Positions 38,908-49,756 of a stretch of 64,000 nucleotides of DNA are shown here, piece by piece. The translations under genes and the position numbers were made by a program. The notes beneath the pieces were generated by a model. That model saw nothing but the letters and a program-made list of their open reading frames with translations. It did not search any database and was not told the origin of the DNA. The DNA comes from an uncultured Acidobacteriota bacterium (GTDB lineage Bacteria; Acidobacteriota; Polarisedimenticolia; J045). Each line of letters opens with the position of its first letter. Positions within the stretch are counted from its first letter, which is position 1. The DNA lies in assembly GCA_963702425.1 (NCBI GenBank), contig CAVPCQ010000038.1, positions 1-64,000 of the forward strand. The letters are read 5' to 3'.

Positions 38908-40614
38908 CTACGGTGCACGCGAACCGACGCGCAGCATCGCCGCCGCTCCGATGCGCCGCTCGTCCCCCCGTCGCCCCTCGACGCGCCAGTAGAGCGAGCC
39001 GCCGTCGCGCGCCAGCGCCGTCGCGCGGCGCCACTGGTCGGCGCCCGGGGTCCACGACGTCGCACGGGTCCAGCGGCCGGAGGTCACGATCCGCCCGGCG
39101 GCCTGCGGGTCGGCGCTGAAGACGACGCGGCATTCGTCCATTCCGGCCGCGTCCCAGGAGAACGTCGGGAGCCGGTCGGGCACGGCCGCCGCCGCGCCGC
39201 CGCCCGCCGCCAAGCCCGCCGCCGTGTCCACCACCGCGCCATCGCCCGGCGCCAGCGGCCGCGGCGCGGTGTCGTCCGGGTACCACCGGGGGAACGCGTC
39301 CCCCCGCGGCCAGGCCTCGGCGCGCGCCGCGGCGCGCCGCAGCACGGACTCGACCTCCCACAGGAACGCCTCGGTCTGCACCGGCTTCGTATTGAAGACC
39401 GCCGCGAACGCGCGGCCGTCGGTGATCCGCATCAGCAGCGCCGTCGAGCCGAAGAGCGAGCCGCCGTGCCAGACGGCGGCGCGCGGCCCGTCGGGACGCA
39501 CGTACCAGCCCAGGCCGTACCAGGCATCGCGCAGGATCCAGGTCGATAGCTGCGGGCGGAGCAGCATCAGGCGCTGGGTACCGGGCGAAAGGAGATCCGG
39601 CCGCTCCGGCAGCCCGTCCACCGCCGTCATGAAGCGCACGAGGTCGATCGCGGAAGCGGTCCAGCCGCCCGCGCTGTCCATCGCCTCGATGTAAAACCCG
39701 CCATCCGGCCAGGCGACCAGGTCCTCCTCGTCCGGGAAGACCGAGCGGACGAGCGCGCGAACTCCGGAGTCGTAGTAGCGCACCTCGCCGGCTGGCCGGT
39801 CCGCGGGCCGGGAGCGCCCGATCCGCATCCGCGTGATCCCGAGCGGGGCGAGGATTGCGCTCCGCACGTACTCCTCGTAGCCCATCCCGGAAGCGTGCTC
39901 GATGACCCGGCCGAGCAGCGCGTAGCCGAAGTTGGAGTAGGAAAAGCGGCCGCCCGGCGAGAAGTCGAGCGGCCGACCCTTCACGAAGCGGATCACCGTG
40001 CGCGCGTCGGCGGGGGCGGGGGCGTCGACGGCCTGCGCGGTGAGGCGCGGCGCGAACATCGGGTCGAGCGAGAGCAGGCGATCCCAGCCGGCGGAGTGGT
40101 TGAGCAGGTCGCGCACCGTGATCCGCTCCAGCCGCGGGTCGGGGCTGGCGCCGGCGGGAGGAGCGAGGTCGGGGAACATCGGGAAGACGCGCTCGTCGAG
40201 GCGCAGCCTCCCGTCCTCGACCAGTTCGAGGATCGCGGTCGCGGTCACCGTCTTGGAGACGCTGCCGATCCGGAAGACCGCATCCGGGGCGACGGGCAGG
40301 CCGCGCGCGACGTCGGCGTAGCCGAAGCCGCGAGCGTAGACGAGGCGGTCGTCGCGGATCACGGCCAGCGCGCCGCCGGGGATCTCCCAGCGCTCCATCA
40401 GCGCCAGCATCTCGCGGTCGAAAGCGGCCAGGCCGGGCACGGCCGTGCCGGTGATCGGGAAGGGGTGCGTCTCGCGGGCGACGGGGGTCCGGCCGGGGGC
40501 GGGGGCCGGGGCGGCGGCAGGCAGGGCCGCGGGAGGCGGGGCAGCGCACGGTCCCGGCGTGGCCACGAGGCCCGTCGAGAGGAAGGCGACGATCGCGAGG
40601 CGCCGGCCGGGCAT
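38908..40614 (-). CDS. Secreted serine hydrolase (beta-lactamase/AmpC-like family)
   Basis: FRIGSVSK (SxxK), LLNHSAG, YSNFGY and WHGG. Confidence 0.9.
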   Translation of the reverse strand: MPGRRLAIVAFLSTGLVATPGPCAAPPPAALPAAAPAPAPGRTPVARETHPFPITGTAVPGLAAFDREMLALMERWEIPGGALAVIRDDRLVYARGFGYADVARGLPVAPDAVFRIGSVSKTVTATAILELVEDGRLRLDERVFPMFPDLAPPAGASPDPRLERITVRDLLNHSAGWDRLLSLDPMFAPRLTAQAVDAPAPADARTVIRFVKGRPLDFSPGGRFSYSNFGYALLGRVIEHASGMGYEEYVRSAILAPLGITRMRIGRSRPADRPAGEVRYYDSGVRALVRSVFPDEEDLVAWPDGGFYIEAMDSAGGWTASAIDLVRFMTAVDGLPERPDLLSPGTQRLMLLRPQLSTWILRDAWYGLGWYVRPDGPRAAVWHGGSLFGSTALLMRITDGRAFAAVFNTKPVQTEAFLWEVESVLRRAAARAEAWPRGDAFPRWYPDDTAPRPLAPGDGAVVDTAAGLAAGGGAAAAVPDRLPTFSWDAAGMDECRVVFSADPQAAGRIVTSGRWTRATSWTPGADQWRRATALARDGGSLYWRVEGRRGDERRIGAAAMLRVGSRAP

Positions 40615-40673
40615 CCGCGAGACCTCCGGGAGCGGGATTATGCCCGCCCCGGGGCCCCCCGGCTGCGCCGCCC

Positions 40674-40789
40674 GAAGGGGCCGGCCTTCGTGCCGGACCG
40701 ACCGACGACGGGCAACCAGCGGGCCGGCACAGAGGCCGGCCCGACCGACGACAGGCAACCTGCGGGCCGGCACAGAGGCCGGCCCCTAC
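40674..40789. repeat. REP cluster (one degenerate forward and two reverse copies)
   Basis: GGGCCGGCACAGAGGCCGGCCC at 40721 and 40764; the second ends in CTAC (GTAG on the minus strand). Confidence 0.85.
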
Positions 40790-40796
40790 GGCGTCA

Positions 40797-43700
40797 TCAG
40801 GGAGTCGGCTCCTCGCCCGAGGTGCCGGCGGCGTTCTTCGCCGCGACCAGGTAGAACGACGAACCGCTCGCGGCCCCGCCGGTCGTGTCGCGCCACGCGG
40901 CCGACGTCGGTTCGCCGACCGCCCCGTACCCGCCGGTCGGCGTCCCCGAGCGGTAGACCGGGTAGGTGCGGGCCGCGTCGTGCAGTGCGTCGACCGGCGG
41001 TGCGGTCCACGACAGCCGGACGTCTCCCGCCCGCCGCTCCGCACGCAACGTTCCGCCGACCGGGTTGGGCGGCTTCGTCTCCGAGGGCGTGAACGGGACG
41101 CAGCCGTCGAACTGCCGCACCACGCGGACGTCGTCGATCAGCAGCTCGGTGAGCGGGTCGGCGCTGATCTGCGAGGTCTCCTCGGCCTCGAAGCGCACTC
41201 GCATGCTGGCGGTCGGTGTGAGGAGCGAGGTGAGGTCGATCGTCACATCGGTCCAGGCGGCCGCATTCGTGGACAGGTCCTCGATCGTGGCATAGGTCGT
41301 GCCCCCGTCGGTGCTGACCTTCGCACGCGCGTTGGAGGCTTGCAGGAAACCGACTCCGCTGCGGTGGTAGAAGCGCGAGAAGTACAGCATCAAACGACCG
41401 CCCCCGAGGCCGCTGAAGACCGGGGAGCTGATGTGGACCCGGCCCCGGTCGACGTCGCCGGTGTGGGGGTCGAATCCAGGGCCGACGAAGGCGTTGCCGG
41501 TGACCCAGCAGATCGTGCCGGGCGCCGGCGTGCGGTCGTCCTCGGGCTGGACCGGACCGACGGACGGGTCGGTGAAGCCGTTCGGGTCCAGCCGCTCGAA
41601 CCGGCCGCTGATCGTGGTGCCGCCGACGCTCCACCCCTTGTCGGTCTGGAAGTTGTCCGAGAGCAGCGTCTGCTCGGTCGGATCGCCGATCACGATCGTG
41701 AAGTTGCTGCTCGTCGTGCCGCCATCCTGCCAGCGGGTCGTCAGCCGCAGCGTGACGTCCGGCCCGCACGGGCCGGTGAGCTCCACGGAGAAGTGCGGTG
41801 CCAGCGAGAACGCGCTCGTCCCGGCCGGGATGTCGGGGTAGTCGGCCACGGCGTCGTGGACCACCACGCCGGAGCTGATCGCCGAGAGCACCGCGCTCAC
41901 CGCCGTCGCGCCCGCGCCGCCGCTGTTGACGGCCTCGATCCGCAGGACCGCCGTCTCGCCCGGGTCGAGCAGGCCGTCGCCGTTGCCGTAGGCCGGGTTC
42001 GAGTCGTCGATGACGTGGCTCTTGTACTTGACGCGCGGCGTCGAGTTGCGAAGCTGCTCGCCGCAGATCGCGAGGTCGTCGAGGTAGAAGCCGGCCCCGG
42101 TCGTGCCGCTGTCTGAGGACAGCGAGAACCGGACGTAGACCTCCGACTCACCGTCGGCGAGGCCGGAGATGTCGTAGCGCACCGGGACCCAGGCCGTGTC
42201 GCGCCCGAATCCTTCCCACACGACCTGCCAGCCGTTCGAACCGGCGGTCTCGATCTCGACCCGCGCGATGTCGAAGCCCGTCTCGCTCCTGAGCCAGCGC
42301 GCGAAGCGCAGCTCTGAGTTCCGCAGCGTCGAGAGGTCGTAGGGACCGGCGGTCAGGAAGTAGGCCGCGCTGTCGGAGTAGTTGCCGTCGAGGTTGGTGC
42401 CGTAGACGTTGCTGCCGGTGTAGGCCGCGGTCGGGCCCGGTCCGGACGGGCTCGGCACCCCGAACTCCCAGCCGTTCGTGAAGGCGCCGTTATCGATCTG
42501 CCAGGCCGGGTCGGCGTCCAGGGTCTCTTCGACCGAGGGACAGGCGACATTCCCGGTGGTGACGCGCAGCGTCCAGCTCCGCGCGGCGCCGCACGGTTCC
42601 GGGCTGCCGCCGAAATCGACGCTGATCGTCGCCTCGTAGCCGTCCGGCGTGCCGGCGGCGAAGGCGATCCGCACCGGGTCGCCGGCGGCGGCCTCGCGGG
42701 TCTCGCCGGCGGCGAGGCTGCCGAAGCTCGGTCGTGCCGTCGAGGATCGTCAGGTACGGGTCGGAGGACGTCACCGTGGCCGTCAGGCCGGCGAGGGCGT
42801 CACCGGTCGCGTAGGCCGAGAGGTAACAGGTCGACCGTCTCGCCCGGGTCGATCCGGCCGTCGCCGTCGCCGCCGCTCTCGACCACCCGCACGCCGCGCA
42901 CGGCCGCGTCGGCCGAGCCGGCCGGGACCAGGAAGACCTCGCGAGCGAACGGCGCGAAGCCGACGTCGGTCGGCCAGGCCTGGGAGGCGTAGCCGCTCCG
43001 CGACGCCTGCAGCGTGTAGCTGCCGGCGAGCACGGGCCAGTCGTAGCGCGCGAAGTCGGGCGTCGTCGTGCGCGGCAGCTCGCCGTTGGTGAAGACCTGC
43101 TCGGCGAGGCCGATGGTCGTCCCGGGCAGCGCAGCGCCGGTGCAGGCGTCCTTCACGTGACCGGTCAGCCGCGGGCCGTCGAGCAGCTCGAGCGTGTAGC
43201 GCCAGCCCGCGCGGGCCCGCAGGACGGTCGTCTCGCGCCACGTCGCGTAGTCGGGCTGGAACCCCTGGCTGTCGGCGTTCAGCTCGTACGTCACGCCGAC
43301 CGCCCCCAGCTCGCCGTACATCCAGCCGTCGGTGTCGCCGTCGACCGAGTAGAGCAGCTCCCACGGCGTGCCGAACTGGAACCAGGTCCCGGCGACGTCG
43401 CCCTGCATCCGGGACGCGGCCACGTTGGCCAGCTCGCGGAACATCCGGAAGTCGGGCTGAGCCACGGAGGAGCTCTCGCAGCCGTAGGGATGGAGCGTGT
43501 ACCCGCCGTAGGTGTGGTACGAGATGTAGTAGACGGGGCGCTGCTGCCGGGCGAGGTTGATCAGCCCGATGTTCGTCGGCTCCGAGCCGGGGCTCGGGCC
43601 GCGGTAGGTGTCGGAGCTGGGGCTGCCCGACGAGCCGCCGCAGGCGTTCCAGGTCAGCGGGTAGTTGCGGTTGAGGTCGACGCCGAAGCTGCCGTCGCCG

Positions 43701-44434
43701 TTGTTGCGGCGGTTCTTGCGCCAGTTCGACTCGTTGGTGAACACGTAGCTGGCGCCGTCCGGGTTGTGCGACGGCAGGACCCAGATCTCGCTCTCGTTGA
43801 CCCAGCGGGTGATCGTCGGGTCGGTGCCGTACTGCGTGAGCAACTGGTCGATCGTGTCGATCGCAACCTCCGGCGTCATCACCTCGCGCGCGTGGTGCTG
43901 CGCGACGTAGAGCACCGCCGGCTCGTCTTCCTCGACGGCCACGTTGTCCGAGATCTTCATCGCCCAGGCGGTTCGACCCTCGTGGTCGGTGGCATAGGCG
44001 ACCCGCTTGGCGAGCGCGGGGTAGGCCGACTCGAACTGCGCGAGACGGGCCTCGAGCTCCGACGGCGACAGGTAGTCCGACAGCGCCTCCGGCGCGAGCG
44101 GGCCGTCCGCCGGCTGCGGGTCGAAGCCGAGCGTCCGCAGCAGCGCGATCTCCGCCTCGCCCCCCATCACGTCGAGCGTCCCGCGCTTGGCGTTGACGTA
44201 GGTCACGTCGAGGCCGCGCAGCTTCAGCTCGTCCAGCAACTGGCGGGGGTCCTGATCGAAGCGGATACGCAGCCGGACCGTCGGGCTGGCCGGAGTCACG
44301 GGGGCCGCGGCTCCGTCCTCTCCCGCCAGTGCGGGCGAGACGGCGAGGCTCGCGGCGGCGACGGCGGCGACGAGAGCGATGAGCAGGCAGGCGGCGGACG
44401 ACAAGAGAACGACGAGCCGGGCACGGGTGCGCAT
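40797..44434 (-). CDS. Large secreted M14 zinc carboxypeptidase with accessory beta domains; frameshifts near 42826 and 42728
   Basis: HHARE, WRKNRR, GVDLNRN, SYHTY and YEL; the pieces ETVDL|YLSAYATGD...ILDGTT|SFGSLAAGE join across three frames. Confidence 0.85.
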
Positions 44435-44503
44435 GAGGGGACTCCGCGGGGGGTAGCGCGACCTATTTACCGCGATTTAGTCCCCGAGGGAACCGGAAGC
44501 GTG

Positions 44504-44875
44504 TCAGGCGGTCCGGACCTCGATCTGCGGCGGCCGCTCGAGGTGCTTCTTGACCGCGCAGAGCTGGGCCGAGCGGATCACCGCCTCGCGGTACTGCTCC
44601 GGGAACCCGGGTGGCAGCTCGATCGTGAGCTCGATCTTCCCGATCAGCTTCGAGGCCGGGTCCTGGATCATCCGCTGGCGGATGACCAGCCCCTCGGTCG
44701 GGAGTCCGCGTTGGCGCAGGAAGCTCGAGACGTAGATCCCGGCGCAGGTGCCGATCGAGGCCAGGAAGAGCTGGAAGGGGGAGGGGGCCGAGCCGTCCTG
44801 GTCGGTGACCAGACGGATCCCGTCCATCACCGCGTCGACGCGGTCGCCGCCGGGGAATTCGATCGTCATGTCCAT
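44504..44875 (-). CDS. OsmC-family protein
   Basis: APSPFQLFLASIGTCAG...CAVKKHL. Confidence 0.9.
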   Translation of the reverse strand: MDMTIEFPGGDRVDAVMDGIRLVTDQDGSAPSPFQLFLASIGTCAGIYVSSFLRQRGLPTEGLVIRQRMIQDPASKLIGKIELTIELPPGFPEQYREAVIRSAQLCAVKKHLERPPQIEVRTA

Positions 44876-44904
44876 GCCGGAGAGATGCGGGACGGCGGGG
44901 CGGG

Positions 44905-46044
44905 TTACAGCTGCTCGCCGAGGCGCTGGGTGCAGTCGGGATAGTCGCAGCAGGTGTGACAGACGCGCTTGTAGGCGTTGAAGGAGAGCAGCTCGACGGT
45001 CGGCGTGAGGTGCTCGGGCTTCTCCGGTTCCTCGCGCAGCAGATCGGTGGAGAGGTACTTCTTGTTGTCGTCCGGGAAGACGGTCACCACGACCGCGTCG
45101 GGGCCGAGCTGCTCCTGCACCTCGAGCGCGGCGACGAAGTTGGCGCCGGACGAGATCCCGACGGCCAGGCCCAGCTCTCGCGCCAGCTTCTGGGCCATCA
45201 GGATCGCGTCACCGTCGCAGACGTCGACGACCGGATCGAGCGCGTCGAGCCGGACGATCTCCGGGATGAACTCGTCGGAGATCCCCTGGATCCGGTGCTG
45301 GCCGACCTTGCGGCCGGTCCGCAGCGTGGGCGAGCTGGCCGGCTCCATCGGGTGGATCCTGATCGCGGGGCGCTGCTGCTTCAGGTAGGTGCCGACGCCC
45401 ATGATCGTCCCGCCGGTACCGACGCCGGCGACGAAGGCGTCGGGGGTGACGCCGTTGGCGCGAAGCTGCCACCAGATCTCGGGCGCCGTGGCGGTCGCGT
45501 GGGCCTCGCAGTTGTGCTCGTTGGCGAACTGCCGCGGGAGGAAGCATCCCCCGTCCGAGGCCAGCTCCTCGGCCATCCGGATGCTGCCGAGAAAGCCCCC
45601 TTCTTCACGCGTCACCGGGCGGATCGCGGCGCCGAGGCTGCGGATCAGCTCGACCCGCTCGCGGCTCATCCAGTCGGGCATGAAGATCGTCACCGGGTGG
45701 CCGAGCGCGCGCCCGATCGCGGCGAAGGAGATGCCGGTGTTGCCGGAGGTGGCCTCGACGATCCGCTCGCCGGGCGCGAGGCAGCCGTCGGCGTAGGCCC
45801 GCCGCAGGATGTGAAGCGCCATCCGGTCTTTGATGCTGCCGGTCATGTTGAGCTGCTCGGCCTTGGCGAAGATCCGCCGCGTCCGGCCGCGGAAGCGGAG
45901 TGCGATCTCGAGAAGCGGGGTGTTCCCGACCAGGTGGCCGATCGCCTGCAGGCGCCGCGTGGGCGGGTCGGCAGCGGGGAGGCCGGCCGGAGGTGGCGGC
46001 GGGAACGGGGAGAGGGTCCGTCGGGGTGGCGGTTGCGGGTTCAC
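44905..46044 (-). CDS. PLP-dependent cysteine synthase-family protein
   Basis: [35 protein letters not shown] and HRIQGI; C-terminal [13 protein letters not shown] start inferred. Confidence 0.9.
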   Translation of the reverse strand: MNPQPPPRRTLSPFPPPPPAGLPAADPPTRRLQAIGHLVGNTPLLEIALRFRGRTRRIFAKAEQLNMTGSIKDRMALHILRRAYADGCLAPGERIVEATSGNTGISFAAIGRALGHPVTIFMPDWMSRERVELIRSLGAAIRPVTREEGGFLGSIRMAEELASDGGCFLPRQFANEHNCEAHATATAPEIWWQLRANGVTPDAFVAGVGTGGTIMGVGTYLKQQRPAIRIHPMEPASSPTLRTGRKVGQHRIQGISDEFIPEIVRLDALDPVVDVCDGDAILMAQKLARELGLAVGISSGANFVAALEVQEQLGPDAVVVTVFPDDNKKYLSTDLLREEPEKPEHLTPTVELLSFNAYKRVCHTCCDYPDCTQRLGEQL

Positions 46045-46191
46045 GGTGCGGGGAGGATAGCGCACCGGGCCGCCGATGCAGCGGAAGCGGGTATCGACGG
46101 GGCCTACCGAGTCGCGGCCGCCGGCCCGGTCGTCGCCGCGCCGCGCTTCTCCTGGTGGCAGGTCACGTCGCGGCAGGGCCAAGGCCCCCCG

Positions 46192-48081
46192 CTAGCGCCT
46201 CCGCCACCCGCCGCCCCCCGGCAGGACCGCGTCCCGTCCCGGCCGGCGCGGCTCCCAGGGCGCGATCCACGGCGAGAGCGGCAGCCGGTCCTCCGCCGCC
46301 TCCAGCTCCTCCGCCAGCCCGGCCGAGCCGGCCACGACCGGCGCCCACTCCTCGCCGCGGCGCTTGCCGGCGATCTCGTCCAGCTCGCGGTGGGCGAGGT
46401 CGCGGATCTCCGGCCGCAGCCCCTGGGCGGCGATCTCCTCGGTGAAGGCCCGGCGCCCCTCGACGAGGTCGGCCACGAAGGCGGCGATCTGCTCGCTCGA
46501 GTAGAAGTTCTCGGCGCGGTAGGGCGACAGGTCGGTCCCCTCCGAGCGGACGACCTCCTCGGTGTTGAGCCGACCCTTGAGGTACTCGTTGGTCCCGCGC
46601 AGGTCGCCGCGCTGCAGCGCAGCCATCAGGTCGATCGGTACGCGCGTCACCTTGCGGACCAGCTTCTTCGCGCCGGTCACCTTGTCGGTCTCGATGATCT
46701 CGCCGACGCCACCGGTGTTGTACTGGAAGAAGTGGACCTTGCCCGGGTGACGGTTCACCAGCTCCATCACGATCTCGTGGAACGCGTTGACCTTGCGCCC
46801 CTGCTGGCCGACGATGAAGTCGTCCATGCCGACGATCCGGACGCTCTCCCCGGCCTTTTCCGGCACCGTCGCGAAGGAGTGCGTCGACTCGCCCCACAGG
46901 TAGGCCAGCACCCCCTGCTGCGGCGTCAGCCGCTGCGCGAAGGGCATGATCGTGGCGCGGCGCGTGATGAACGAGAAGACGATCCCGTCGAGCTGGTCGA
47001 GCGGCGCAACATTGATCGAGTCGTGGCAGATCGAGACGAACTTGCGGCCGCGCTGGACCACCAGCCGGCGCCGGTCCAGGACGCCGCGGCTGTTCTCGCC
47101 CAGCCGCTCGTCGAGGAAGCTCGCACGGCCCTTGTAATCGACCATCGTGTTCTCGAGCAGCGTGCTCTTATGGGCCAGCGCGTGGTACATCGCCTCCTGC
47201 AGCTTGATGTCGACATCGGTCTTGACGTAGAAGCCCTGCTCGGTGCCGTAGGACGAGCCGTCGCGCCGCAGCCAGACGATGTCGTCCTGCGCGACCCAGG
47301 TCCCCTCGCCCTGGTCGGGGTCGAGCCCGAGCTGGTGGCAGGACCAGGTCGACTTGCCGGTGGCCGTCAGGCCGAACATGAAAACGCCGAAGGTCTTGAG
47401 CTTGCCGGCCTTCGCGTCGCGCGCGCGGACGACCTTCGTCCCGGCGTGCAGGCCCAGCATCCCGCGCTCGTCGGCGCGGTACATTCCCTGGCGCAGGAAC
47501 CCCTTCTTGCACTCGCCGGTGTAGTCCGAGCCCATCGCGATGTTGATGTCGTGCTCGGGGAGCGAAAGGATCTGCATCCGGACCGGGTGCTCTTCCGGGA
47601 GGTCGATCATGATGAACTCCGGCCCGGGCCGGCCCGGCCGGACGTCGTTCATCGTGCAGCCCCACATGTAGGCCAGGCGCGCGTTCTTGGGGTCGGCGAC
47701 CGAGACGTAGAGGTTGCAGATCGGGTTGAACTCGGGGTTGTCCCCCATCTGCCGCCGGACGTGGACGAACGGCAGCGTCCGGATCAGCTGCAGCACCTTG
47801 TGCAGTTGGTCGGGCGAGCGCTCGGCCAGCTGGAGCTGGAGCTTGCTGGCCCGCGGCAGCCAGACCCCGGAGCTGCCGAGGAAGAGCGTCCGTGCCGCCA
47901 TCCGCGAGGAGATCGCCGAGTACCAGACGTGCGAGCCGTCGGCGGTCCGCCGGGCGAAGGGGAGGGCCATCCGCCGCAGCTGGCGCATCGAGACGTGCCG
48001 GATGTTCGGGCCGTCGAGGCTGCTCCTCAGGTTGTCGGCGAATCGCCTGTAGACATCGGGATCGTACGGGCCGCTTGCCAT
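46192..48081 (-). CDS. Phosphoenolpyruvate carboxykinase (ATP)-family protein
   Basis: SDYTGECKKG, LHAG, Walker A GLTATGKST, QDD, EQGFYVKT, LEN, NSR and YNTG. Confidence 0.82.
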   Translation of the reverse strand: MASGPYDPDVYRRFADNLRSSLDGPNIRHVSMRQLRRMALPFARRTADGSHVWYSAISSRMAARTLFLGSSGVWLPRASKLQLQLAERSPDQLHKVLQLIRTLPFVHVRRQMGDNPEFNPICNLYVSVADPKNARLAYMWGCTMNDVRPGRPGPEFIMIDLPEEHPVRMQILSLPEHDINIAMGSDYTGECKKGFLRQGMYRADERGMLGLHAGTKVVRARDAKAGKLKTFGVFMFGLTATGKSTWSCHQLGLDPDQGEGTWVAQDDIVWLRRDGSSYGTEQGFYVKTDVDIKLQEAMYHALAHKSTLLENTMVDYKGRASFLDERLGENSRGVLDRRRLVVQRGRKFVSICHDSINVAPLDQLDGIVFSFITRRATIMPFAQRLTPQQGVLAYLWGESTHSFATVPEKAGESVRIVGMDDFIVGQQGRKVNAFHEIVMELVNRHPGKVHFFQYNTGGVGEIIETDKVTGAKKLVRKVTRVPIDLMAALQRGDLRGTNEYLKGRLNTEEVVRSEGTDLSPYRAENFYSSEQIAAFVADLVEGRRAFTEEIAAQGLRPEIRDLAHRELDEIAGKRRGEEWAPVVAGSAGLAEELEAAEDRLPLSPWIAPWEPRRPGRDAVLPGGGGWRRR

Positions 48082-48225
48082 GCAAGGACCTCTCGGGACA
48101 GCGGGCGGGAATCGGATGTTAGTCGGTCGGGAGCGCCGAGGGCAAGCGAAGCCGGGCCCGGTTGTAGTCCCCCGCCGATTGTCCTATGGTGGTTCCCCCT
48201 ACCCAGCACGGACTCGGAGGAGTCC

Positions 48226-49584
48226 ATGCCCCTCACCTGGATCCTGGTCGGCGCGGCCGGCGTCGTCATCGCCACGGCCGCCGCGGCCGCTTTCTATCGC
48301 TACAGGAACTACCGGAAGGCGGGCCCGAACCAGGTGCTCGTCATCTCCGGGCGTCCGTCGACCCTGACGGACGCCGAGGGACGGACCCGAACGGTCGGCT
48401 ACCGGCTCCAGATCGGCGGCGGCACCTTCGTGCGGCCGCTGGCGGAGACGGTGGACGTCCTGCCGCTCGAGGTCTTCTCGATCTCGGTGAAGGCGCCGGA
48501 CGTCATCACCTCGCAGGGGGTGCTGATCTCGGCCGACGCCCAGGCGCAGGTCAAGGTCTCCTCCGAGGAGGGGGACCTGCACCGCGCGGTCGAGAACTTC
48601 CTGTCCCGCGGCGCGTCCGGCATCACCTACGTCGCGCAGGAGGTCCTGGAAGGGCACCTGCGCTCGGTGCTGGGCGGGATGACGGTCGAGGAGATCTACA
48701 CCGGGCGCGAGGAGGTCGCGGAGCGCCTGCGCCGGCAGGCCGATCCGGACTTCCGGCGGCTGGGGCTGGAGCTGGTCTCGTTCTCGCTCAAGGACGTGGC
48801 CGACGCGCAGGGCTACATCGCCGCGATCGGCGCGCGCCGCCTCGCGGAGATCAAGCGCGACGCGGCGATCGTCCAGGCCGAGACCGAGCGCGACGCGGCG
48901 ATCAACGCCGCCGAGGCCCGCAAGGAAGGGGACGTGGCGCGGCTGCGCGCCGAGGCCGAGCTGGCCGAGGCGACGCGCGACTTCGAGATGCGGCGGGCCG
49001 ACTACCAGGCCGACGTCAACACGAAGCGGGCGCACGCGGACCTGGCCTACGACCTCGAGCGCGCGAAGGGCGAGCTGGTCCTGCGGCAGGAGGAGTACCG
49101 CGTCCGGCTGACCGAGAAGGAGCTGGCGGCCAAGGTCGAGCAGGCCGAGGTCGTGCGCCGCGAGCAGGAGCTGGAGGCGAACGTCAAGCGGCCGGCCGAG
49201 GCGATGCAGTTCCAGGCCCGGCTGGAGGCGGAGACCGAGGCCTACCGGAAGGAGCTGGAGGCCAAGGGGCGCGCCGCCGGCGTGCGGCTGGAGGGGGCCT
49301 CGCAGGCCGAGGCGATCGCGGCGAAGGGGAAGGCGGAAGCCGACGCGATGCGTCAGAAGGCCGAGTCGTGGAAGCAGTACAACGACGCCGCGCTGGCCGA
49401 GATGATCGTGAAGGTGCTGCCCGAGCTGGCGAAGAACATCGCCGAGCCGCTCTCCAAGGTGGAGAAGATCATCATGGTCGGCGACGACGCCGGCGTGCCG
49501 AAGATCACCGGGCAGGTGGCCCAGGTCGTCGCGCAGCTGCCGACCGTCGTCGAGGCGCTCACCGGCCTCAAGCTCGCGACCTGA
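48226..49584 (+). CDS. Flotillin/SPFH-domain protein
   Basis: AGPNQVLVISG, GGGTFV.P, EVLEGHLRSVLGGMTVEEI, long EA-rich coiled coil and IAEPLSKVEKI; GGAGG SD. Confidence 0.93.
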   Translation: MPLTWILVGAAGVVIATAAAAAFYRYRNYRKAGPNQVLVISGRPSTLTDAEGRTRTVGYRLQIGGGTFVRPLAETVDVLPLEVFSISVKAPDVITSQGVLISADAQAQVKVSSEEGDLHRAVENFLSRGASGITYVAQEVLEGHLRSVLGGMTVEEIYTGREEVAERLRRQADPDFRRLGLELVSFSLKDVADAQGYIAAIGARRLAEIKRDAAIVQAETERDAAINAAEARKEGDVARLRAEAELAEATRDFEMRRADYQADVNTKRAHADLAYDLERAKGELVLRQEEYRVRLTEKELAAKVEQAEVVRREQELEANVKRPAEAMQFQARLEAETEAYRKELEAKGRAAGVRLEGASQAEAIAAKGKAEADAMRQKAESWKQYNDAALAEMIVKVLPELAKNIAEPLSKVEKIIMVGDDAGVPKITGQVAQVVAQLPTVVEALTGLKLAT

Positions 49585-49597
49585 TCAAAAAGAAGAC

Positions 49598-49715
49598 GTA
49601 GGGGCCGGCCTCTGTGCCGGCCCGAGGAATGCCGGCCTCTGTGCCGGCCCGAGGAATGCCGGCCTCTGTGCCGGCCCGAAACCTCGTGCGGGCCGGCACA
49701 GAGGCCGGCCCCTAC
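49598..49715. repeat. REP/BIME-like cluster: three tandem copies at 27-bp period plus an inverted copy
   Basis: GTAGGGGCCGGCCTCTGTGCCGGCCC-GAGGAAT-GCCGGCCTCTGTGCCGGCCC x2, then GGGCCGGCACAGAGGCCGGCCCCTAC. Confidence 0.9.
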
Positions 49716-49756
49716 CGGCGGCCGAGCGATACGGGGGCCGCCCGCGTGGATGACCG

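Noticed and set aside
38908..40614. Antibiotic-resistance beta-lactamase
   Set aside because: Motifs support only the broad serine hydrolase family; there is no mobile context
44956..49584. 1542-aa + strand ORF and other very long ORFs (8585-12025, 22594-26133, 33925-37152, 55017-58037)
   Set aside because: Antisense or alternate-frame shadows of real genes in high-GC DNA; only the last 452 aa (flotillin) of this ORF are real
49598..49715. CRISPR array
   Set aside because: Intervening sequences are identical 7-mers rather than unique spacers, there are no cas genes, and the pattern fits REPs
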